From contig SOIM01000059.1 of assembly GCA_004377185.1 (NCBI GenBank), positions 100,325-120,324 on the forward strand: a stretch of DNA of 20,000 nt. The letters are read 5' to 3'. Below are positions 9,484-17,200 of this stretch, piece by piece; the first letter of the stretch is position 1; every line of letters starts with the position of its first letter. Position numbers and translations under genes: made by a program. A model generated the notes under the pieces. The model made no database searches, was not told the DNA's origin, and saw only the letters and a program-made list of their open reading frames with translations. This DNA is from Methanomassiliicoccales archaeon. GTDB taxonomy: Archaea; Thermoplasmatota; Thermoplasmata; RBG-16-68-12; SOIM01.

Positions 9484-11385
9484 ATGCGAAAGCGGATGGG
9501 AGCACTCGTAACCTTCGCACTTTTTCTTGGGATACTGTTCTCCAGCACCGCATTGGCTCAAGAACACATTGGGAACACGGATGTGATAATCCTCCCGGAA
9601 GGAGAGTATCAAGAAAGGGTGGAAATCGGATCCTCGGCCAACTACTCCTGGAAGCTTCTCAATTCCAACAGCGCAACATACCTGGTGAACATCAGTTTTG
9701 ACACGGACAACTTGGACGTGGAGGTGAACCTCTCATCGGTTCAACTCCAGCTCTTGCCCATGGATCTGAAAGAGGTCTTCCTGATCGTTGGGTCTGGAGA
9801 GGCTGGTGCCGGAGACGTTGCAATCGTCAGCGTAACCTTCAACGCAACAGACCTGGCGACGCTGGTGAGCCAAGAGGAAACCGTCACTACGACAACTGAG
9901 ATATTTGCTCAGGAACCGGTCACCGAGATACCAACAGTTCTGCTCGCATTCATAGCTGTGGCTGCGATCATCTTCATAGGGTTCTTCGCCACCCTCATAT
10001 TCCAGAAAACAAAAGTGCCAGATTTGCTCATACTGGTCATTCTTGGATTGATACTCGGTCCTGTCGCCACGACCTACTTTGGGATCGAGCTCATCCCGCA
10101 CAACATTTTGGATTTCGTGATGCCCTATTTCGCCGCACTCGCTCTTGTGATAATCCTTTTTGACGGCGGACTCAACCTGAACTTTGACCTGGTGCTGAGG
10201 AAGATAAACATCGCCTTCATCCACACGATGGTGGCATTCATTCTGACGATCGTCTCTGTTGCGTTAGTTGCTCACTTCATCCTCGGCTACCCCTTGATCT
10301 TGGGTATTCTGCTTGGATGTGTCCTTGGAGGCATCAGCGGAGCGGTGGTCATCACCTTAGTGAGAAGAATGAAGATAAGTGAGGAGACCAAGACGGTGCT
10401 CACCCTCGAATCCGTTCTGACGGACGTCATATGCATTATTGTTGCTTTGGCCCTCTTGGAATTCATCGTAGGAACGGAAGACCCGGCGGGCGCGGTCACC
10501 AGTCTCTTTGCAGGCTTCTCGATTGCATTCTTTGTCGGACTGATATTCGGGATTGCCTGGCTGAAGATACTCAGGAGGCTGTACGGCAAGCCGTTCTCCT
10601 TCATGATCACAATTGCTGCTCTCTTCATGCTCTACGGCATTGTCGAGTTCGTGGGCGGAAGCGGAGCGATGGCCGCTCTGATATTCGGTCTGGTCCTCGG
10701 AAACAAGGAAGAGATTGCCAGGATGTTCAAGATCAAAACTAAGTTCGTGATTGATGAGAAGATAAAACAATTCCATTCTGAACTTTCCTTTGTTGTCAGA
10801 ACGTTCTTCTTCGTTTTCTTAGGTTTGGTCTTCACCCTTTCCTTGAGCGACGATATGGCGGTCACGACACCCATACCAGGCTTGGATCTTCTGAACAACA
10901 CCGCTACTCTCTTTATTCTCGGTGTAATCATAATCTTCATAGTTCTGATGGCAACCCGTTATCTGGCTTCCGTCATCACCACAAGAATACATCCGGAGAG
11001 CAGGGACGACAGATTCGCAATATGGATTATGATGGGGAGAGGACTGGCCGCGGCAGTCTTGGCATCTCTGCCCTTCACGATTGCTGCTTTCAGGGAAGGG
11101 ACTGCGTACTACGATCTCATGAGCCCATACAAGGAACAGTTCCTGAACATAGCATTCTTGATAATCGTCATGAGCGTGGTGGTCACTACAATGGGAGTCG
11201 TCATGTCTGAGAGAAGAAGAGCGGGATTGCATCCCATCGATATAGAGAAAATGAGACTCCAGAGAAAGCAGGAAGCGATGAAGAAGAGGGAACTGAAGGC
11301 GAAGATGGAACAGGAAAGAAGAATTAGGATTCATAAGAAGAAGCACAGAAAAAGGAAAGAGGAGAGGAGGAAGCCGAAGCAATAG
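9484..11385 (+). CDS. CPA-family Na+/H+ antiporter-like protein with signal peptide, secreted N-terminal domain and basic C-terminal tail
   Basis: 633 aa. Signal peptide (ALVTFALFLGILFSSTALA), a ~110-aa extracytoplasmic domain, then a CPA-type core (VPDLLILVILGLILGP, IILFDGGLNLNFDLV, GGISGAVVITLV, TLESVLTDV, IMMGRGLAAAVLA). Lys/Arg-rich tail. Confidence 0.88.
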   Translation: MRKRMGALVTFALFLGILFSSTALAQEHIGNTDVIILPEGEYQERVEIGSSANYSWKLLNSNSATYLVNISFDTDNLDVEVNLSSVQLQLLPMDLKEVFLIVGSGEAGAGDVAIVSVTFNATDLATLVSQEETVTTTTEIFAQEPVTEIPTVLLAFIAVAAIIFIGFFATLIFQKTKVPDLLILVILGLILGPVATTYFGIELIPHNILDFVMPYFAALALVIILFDGGLNLNFDLVLRKINIAFIHTMVAFILTIVSVALVAHFILGYPLILGILLGCVLGGISGAVVITLVRRMKISEETKTVLTLESVLTDVICIIVALALLEFIVGTEDPAGAVTSLFAGFSIAFFVGLIFGIAWLKILRRLYGKPFSFMITIAALFMLYGIVEFVGGSGAMAALIFGLVLGNKEEIARMFKIKTKFVIDEKIKQFHSELSFVVRTFFFVFLGLVFTLSLSDDMAVTTPIPGLDLLNNTATLFILGVIIIFIVLMATRYLASVITTRIHPESRDDRFAIWIMMGRGLAAAVLASLPFTIAAFREGTAYYDLMSPYKEQFLNIAFLIIVMSVVVTTMGVVMSERRRAGLHPIDIEKMRLQRKQEAMKKRELKAKMEQERRIRIHKKKHRKRKEERRKPKQ

Positions 11386-11405
11386 CTCCTCCTGCCATGT
11401 GATGC

Positions 11406-12956
11406 CTAAATCTTCTCCTCACCATGCATGTAAATCACTCGTTGCGGGAACGGAATCTCTATGTTTTCTTCCTTGAAGCGTTTGTCAATCAATTCCTTCA
11501 GTTCGCTCTCCACGCGCCACTTGTTCTCGACCGCGTCTAACCAGAAAATCACTTTCAGATTGACGCTCGAGTCCGCAAACTCCGTCACCCGGAACACGGG
11601 ATCCTGTTTGTCGCCTTTCAGGACGTTTGGATGGCTCTTCACGAGATCAAGCAACACTTTCTTGACACGATCCATGTCCGTTCCATATGCCACGCCGATC
11701 GTGATACTGGATCTACCCCTGGCATCAGGCATGGTCACATTCACGACCCTCTGTTCGGCCAACATGTTGTTGGGCAGGACTATCATCTCATGAGTGGCCA
11801 TATGGTACAACTTCGTGCTTCTCAGGCCCACCCAAGCAACTCTGCACACCTCTCCTGAGTTCAACTTTATCAGGTCGCCCGCTTCGAAAGGTCGGTCCAG
11901 CATCAGGAATATCCCACTGAAGAAGTTGGAGAGCGTGTCCTGGGCTGCGAAAGCAATGATAAGACCCATCACCCCCATTCCTGCCAGGAACAACGTTATG
12001 TCATAGCCGAGAGACTGCATGACGAATATCATCCCAATAAGGATTATGACCACTCCCCCCACCTTACCGATGACGGGTATCAATCGATCATCCAAATCGG
12101 TCTGGGTCTTCGCCGAGAGTATCCGGCCGTAGTAGATGAGGATGTCTTTGAAAAGCTTGTATGCTATCCAGGTGAACAATATGACCATCACAAGGCCGAA
12201 AACCGTGTCGAAAAGGCCTGCCATATCGGACGGGAGCCCGATTATGCCAAGACAGATGGCAAGCCCCGAAATCACAATCATAATGAAAATCGGCCCTTTC
12301 ATTATCTCAACAATCATGTCATCCAGACGGGTTTCAGTGTGAGCGACTGCCCTTGCAAAGACCTTCGTAATAAGAACCACAAGTCCAGCTAACAATACCC
12401 ATATCAGAAAGCTCACCAGGAAGGCACCCCACTTGTTGTCCAGGGGAGCGGGGAGGGGGTTGTCGTAGGGCCAGAACAGAATGAACAGCTTCCCTTCTGG
12501 ATCGGCAGGATGTGTAATACCCGTCAGTCGATTGGTGGTGTAGAAGGTCTCTTCGAAGTCATCTCCTGTGCTTATGTTGATCGCTCTGATAGACAACCCG
12601 ATTGATACCGTTGCCTCCCCCCCATCGGAAGGAGCAGTGACAATAAGGGAGACATCCTTGCAGCTATCATCACTTTGATTCGGTCCGATGTATTCATATG
12701 TCGGGGAGGCCCGGGCTTGGAAAATGGTCTCATTGATGACGGGAGTCAACCCTATGTGGTAGCGGTCCCCTCCTTGGTTGCACAATATCCATGTGTAGGT
12801 TATCTCCTCGTCCAGATGTAAGTCGGCTTCGTGATCACCGACGGGGATGACCAGGATATCAGTCCCGTCCAACTGATCCTCTGCGAGCGCATTCAGACTG
12901 AAGAATGACAATAACATCAGGCAGAACACAAAGACCATCGCAGTTCTTCTGGGCAT
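11406..12956 (-). CDS. MscS-family mechanosensitive channel with signal peptide and secreted N-terminal domain
   Basis: The called ORF begins at 13121, but MPRRTAMVFVFCLMLLSFFSLNALA is a signal peptide starting at 12956, just downstream of a minus-strand TATA at 13011-13019. MscS signatures: LIIAFAAQDTLSNFFSGIFLMLDRPFEAGDLI, HEMIVLPNNMLAEQRVVN, VIFWLD. Confidence 0.88.
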   Translation of the reverse strand: MPRRTAMVFVFCLMLLSFFSLNALAEDQLDGTDILVIPVGDHEADLHLDEEITYTWILCNQGGDRYHIGLTPVINETIFQARASPTYEYIGPNQSDDSCKDVSLIVTAPSDGGEATVSIGLSIRAINISTGDDFEETFYTTNRLTGITHPADPEGKLFILFWPYDNPLPAPLDNKWGAFLVSFLIWVLLAGLVVLITKVFARAVAHTETRLDDMIVEIMKGPIFIMIVISGLAICLGIIGLPSDMAGLFDTVFGLVMVILFTWIAYKLFKDILIYYGRILSAKTQTDLDDRLIPVIGKVGGVVIILIGMIFVMQSLGYDITLFLAGMGVMGLIIAFAAQDTLSNFFSGIFLMLDRPFEAGDLIKLNSGEVCRVAWVGLRSTKLYHMATHEMIVLPNNMLAEQRVVNVTMPDARGRSSITIGVAYGTDMDRVKKVLLDLVKSHPNVLKGDKQDPVFRVTEFADSSVNLKVIFWLDAVENKWRVESELKELIDKRFKEENIEIPFPQRVIYMHGEEKI

Positions 12957-13010
12957 GGGGCAGGCAATGGAGAGACGACTAATAAACCTTCTCAATGTGC
13001 ATCTCAATAG

Positions 13011-13019
13011 TATTAAATA
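13011..13019. promoter_or_regulatory. Near-palindromic bidirectional TATA element
   Basis: GTATTAAATAC in the divergent region. It lies 28 nt from ATG 13043 (plus, leaderless spacing) and about 58 nt from ATG 12956 (minus, about 30-nt leader). Confidence 0.5.
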
Positions 13020-13042
13020 CGGACCCATTTCTAAGCAGAAAC

Positions 13043-13966
13043 ATGGAGATTCTCTCCCTCCTGAGGTTTCTGGTTGGTGGCATTTTCCTAGGCTTTGCCG
13101 CAATCTCTGATGTGAGGACAAGGAGGGTTCCGAACCGAGTGTGGATCCTTCTTGGTTTGGTTGGTTTCATCATCCTCGCGTGGGACCTGCAACAGAGATT
13201 CCAGACCAGTTGGGTACACTATCTCATCTTCATTCCGGCAGGGGTGCTTTTGTTTGAAGTGTACATTGACAGAGACCCGATCATTGATGACGAAGGATTC
13301 CATTTCGTTCCGTTGGCATTTCTCCTATACGGGCTCGCAGTGGTGGTCTTGATTGCACAGGTCTACTTGCTGTGGGGAAATCCAGAGCAGATGCATCTCT
13401 TCTATCAGTTACTGACCATACCTATCATGATAATTGTAGCTCATATTCTATATCAAACCGGTCTGTTGAGAGGGGGCGCGGACGCAAAAGCCCTGATGTC
13501 CCTGGCGGTATTGGTCCCCTTCTACCCGATGTTCTACGACTTTCCCCTTGTGAGTATGAATGCTGGTGTTGCGGATATTATGAGCATTGCGTTTCCATTC
13601 GCGCTGGTGATCTTGATGAACAGTGCCATCCTGATGATCTTCATTCCCTTGGTTTTCCTGGCAATAAACGCCAAGAGAAGGGATTTGGAGTTTCCGCAGT
13701 GCTTGGTCGGATATAAGGTGAAGCTGAATGAATTTCCGAGATTTGCTTGGCTGATGGAGAAAGTTGAGAATGGGAAGGTTCGAATTGTCCTCTTTCCCAG
13801 GAGGAGCGGGAACCAGAAAAGAGAGGTTCGAGTGCTTCTCGAAATGGGAAGAGACAAAGCCTGGGCGACCCCTCAGTTGCCTTTCATGGTTCCAATGTTC
13901 TTTGGATTCCTGATATCCTTCCTAGTGGGCAATCTGATAATGGGGCTAGTGTACTCGTTTGTATGA
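13043..13966 (+). CDS. Archaeal type IV prepilin/preflagellin peptidase-like aspartic protease (A24 family)
   Basis: Called from 12995, but the MEILSLLRFLVGG start at 13043 fits the TATA. Contains first Asp motif SDVRTRRVPN, second Asp motif GGADAKALM, and multiple TM helices. Confidence 0.85.
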   Translation: MEILSLLRFLVGGIFLGFAAISDVRTRRVPNRVWILLGLVGFIILAWDLQQRFQTSWVHYLIFIPAGVLLFEVYIDRDPIIDDEGFHFVPLAFLLYGLAVVVLIAQVYLLWGNPEQMHLFYQLLTIPIMIIVAHILYQTGLLRGGADAKALMSLAVLVPFYPMFYDFPLVSMNAGVADIMSIAFPFALVILMNSAILMIFIPLVFLAINAKRRDLEFPQCLVGYKVKLNEFPRFAWLMEKVENGKVRIVLFPRRSGNQKREVRVLLEMGRDKAWATPQLPFMVPMFFGFLISFLVGNLIMGLVYSFV

Positions 13967-14007
13967 TTTGCGCAACCTTCGATGCACGTGGATAACATCA
14001 AAAAATC

Positions 14008-14014
14008 TTTATAT
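14008..14014 (+). promoter_or_regulatory. TATA box of the 5S rRNA gene
   Basis: TTTATAT centred at 14011, about 27-30 nt upstream of the 5S rRNA 5' end. Confidence 0.65.
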
Positions 14015-14040
14015 CCAATTAGCCTTGGAACACATTGGTA

Positions 14041-14267
14041 TGACGGCCACAGCGGTGGGGATACACCTGGTCTCATCCCGAACCCAGAAGTGAAGCCCAC
14101 CTACGTTCTCTGCGGTACTGTGGTGCGCGAGCCCACGGGAAGTTTAGCCCCTTCGGGGGTCGTGGACCTCTGGCCTAGGTACGGGAGCTGGTTTCCAGCG
14201 GCTTCGGCCAACGGTTATCGGTAACCCGTGCTGCTTTAACGGCCTTCTGGTGCATGGAAAGCCGTCA
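14041..14267 (+). rRNA. rrf: 5S ribosomal RNA with a ~108-110 nt insertion
   Basis: The core matches archaeal 5S: CCACAGCGGTGGGGATACACCTGGTCTCATCCCGAACCCAGAAGTGAAGCCCACC...GGTACTGTGGTGCGCGAGCCCACGGGAAG. Terminal helix I TGACGGC (14041-14047) pairs with GCCGTCA (14261-14267). The 3' half is displaced by an extra structured segment. Confidence 0.93.
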
Positions 14268-14273
14268 GCCACC

Positions 14274-17200
14274 TCACTCTTCTTCCTCGTCTTTTCCATT
14301 GGTCCGGTCCTGCTTATATCTCCACACAAAGAAGATGGCGAAAACACTCACAATCGGAATGACGAATGTATCGAATTCTGGAACCCTAACCACCGTATAG
14401 TCACTGCTTTCCTCAAGCGGGTATTCGTTCACGGTGGTGTAGTTGAGAAATGCCCAATTCGTGAGATACACACCATCAGGGGCGGTGGCGTTAACGGTCA
14501 CGGTTATCGTGAACGAATGGATGCCAGGATCTACGTCATAGAAATGAAAGACATAGGTGAGGCCCAATTGAGACTCGTACGGAACACTAGAGGAGGTGAA
14601 GGTTGTGTATATCGGAATTGTATCGTTCACCCAGACATGGGCTGCAGTCCCGTTTCCGGTGTTGTTGTAGTAAATCGTGTAGGTGATGGGATCTCCAGGT
14701 CCGGCATCGGTCACATCCGCAATCTTGACAACCGCGATAACTGGCCTGACTATGACCATCGTCTTGTTAGCACTAGACCATTCCATTGGCTGTCTGAACA
14801 CATCTGTGTAGTTCAATTCCACGAAGTTGTTGAACTGTGTTCCATCAACAGTCCCATTATTGACCCGTACCGTGATAGTGAACGAGTTCTGCGTGTTTGG
14901 GGCAACATTGGTGAATTCCCAGTAGTAGGTGCTCCCGGAAAAGGACTGATAAGGTTCGCTGGAAGATACGTACGTAACTTCATCAGGAAGTGTGTCGTTT
15001 ATCCAAACGTCCTTGGAGATACCCCCGCCCGCGTTGTTGTAATAGACAGTATAGGTGAAGGTGTCACCCGGAGCAGCGGTGTTCTGGCTAGATGTCTTCT
15101 CCACCGTTATCCTTGGCCGGTGTCTCTCATTGTATTTGCCCTTCGTTGGGGAAGTGGAAACATACCAATCGTCCTTGTCAGCGTCCGTATCCTCAGGTTT
15201 GCCGTCCGTTGCGCCCTTGAATCGAGCCCAGCTCTCTCCGCTTTTGAGTCTAGGCAATTTCGTAGCATCCACCACTGTTCCCGTCGAGTCCACTAAACGG
15301 ACATCGACTGATTTGTCTTTTATCGAATTCGCGGGTAGGTCGAAGGCCAAATACTCACTCCCGCTCATCCAAGCCCCAATAGAAACGGCCCCAAACGTGT
15401 GGACCGTTTTCCATTTTCCCTTGTCCTTCACTTGAAACTCCCAATTGTCCAGATTGATTGCTGAAGATGTAGGGTTCGCCAGCTCGAACCACTCACCTGT
15501 ATTCCCTGGGGAGTAGATTTCGTTCAGGACGACATTGTCACCGGCAGGAGATCTGGTTCCGATAGCCTCGGCCCTCGAACGGCCTATGGCTTGGTCTGAG
15601 AGATCGGAGGCGGACTGCCAGTCCACAATGTGGAAGAGCGCGAAGAAGTCGGGCGCCAAGGGTTGGATGGAGGACACGGGAACAGATAGCTCCAATGTGT
15701 TGGTATCCAAGCTCACTTGACTGAGATTTTCCACAAGAACCCAGGGGATGTTTCCTCCGTTGTATTTGTATAGACCCTTCAAGAGAGGAACCCCATTCCT
15801 TCCGGAAATTGCTATGAGGTAATCCATCCCGTAGGTCTGACCACCGAAATCAACGGGCAAACCTGTGGAGGCGTTATCAGCATCCAAGAGTATCGAGATC
15901 TTGTCCACTCCCATCAATTCCGAGATAGAAATAGGACCGATGTAAACTGAGACATTCTTGTTCGCGTAGTCTGGATGGAAATCGGCTGGAATGGTTGTGT
16001 TCAGCCAATAGTCAGACCCTACCGGGTAGTCAATGATGTTGTCACCATCAACATCATGGTTGGTCAGTCTGTCCGGAGTCTCATCATTGTTGAAATCACG
16101 TGGATGCAGATCCATTTCATCCGGGACGGTATCCCGATCGCTGTCCATAACAGAAGGTCCTATGGTGGGCCTTTGCCTGAATGTCGGGATATCGATCCCT
16201 CCCAACATCCTTCCGTCAACTTTCATGTAGAATGAAGCTGTGATTCCAATCTCGAGAGCGTAGCTTCTAAGGTCAACATTCTCATTCATCAACGCACCGG
16301 TTTGACCTCCCACAACGTCGTTGTCAGCATCCATTCTTATCGAGCTTGAACCCCAATCACCGAAGGCTCCGTCAATCGTTATGGGTGGTGCGACATCACA
16401 GTACACTCTCGTAAGGGCAACATCCCGAAGAGACAGAGTCGCGTTCGAGACAAATCCACTAACGCTGAGACCTATGTACCGACCCGGTGGCACATCAGTG
16501 AAGACTGCTGTCACGATTAAAGTCAATCCTTCATCCACATCAATGTCCACATCCAGTACGGCCAAATCCGTGAAGAAGTTGCCTGAAGAGATCTGTTCAT
16601 CTGGCACGCTATTCGCATCGTAATCGACATACAGAATGAGATCCACTGAAGTATCCGGGACGTTTCCCGTCTTGGTGATATTGATTTGAGAGATGTGAGC
16701 TCTTCCGTTTGCAGCGTCCATGTCAAGCCTCAGGAAATGCACGGGACCACTGGTATCGACAATCTCTGGGGCAATGGTAGTCTGAACGACCTGAAGGACA
16801 TCCTTCTGAGGGCTGATGATTGCATCAGCGAAATCGCGGTTGCCAGAAAAGTCAGAAGTTGCCACGATGACTTTCGGTGTCCCCTCGGCCTTCACGCGGA
16901 AAAGGACTTCAAGCTCGCTGTCACCAATGGCCGTGGTTGCGGATCCAATCTTCCGGAAGCCGTTCCAGTCATTCCTGCGCACCGTTTCCCTGAATTCATA
17001 CATGGCACTCTGATGAACCGAGTTGTTCCACCCAAAGGCCTCAATGAGATAGTCCGAGCCGATTCCCCCAACGGGATACCCAGTGGACGGGTCATCATCA
17101 TGATCAACGAAGATGTAGATGGATTCGACCCCACTATTGCTCGAACCGTTGAGAATCGTGCCTTCCACCTCGGCATAAACGTACACCGTGTTCTTGTGCC

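Noticed and set aside
11386-11405. Possible regulatory RNA between the antiporter and MscS genes
   Set aside because: The convergent intergenic gap is only 20 nt and shows no strong structure beyond short T-rich termination-like runs.
13982-14224. 80-aa ORF across the 5S rRNA (MHVDNIKKSLYPISLGTHWYDGHSGG...)
   Set aside because: It overlaps the TATA box and the structured 5S rRNA and is a chance ORF.
14143-14252. Intron or mobile element within the 5S gene
   Set aside because: There is no obvious bulge-helix-bulge motif at the junctions, no ORF and no terminal repeats. The position and length fit a retained expansion, though transcript data are needed to exclude excision.
14250-15296. 348-aa plus-strand ORF opposite the giant protein's C-terminal region
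   Set aside because: The minus strand encodes clear DUF11/LTD repeats. The plus ORF starts inside the 5S 3' end and has no recognisable domain.
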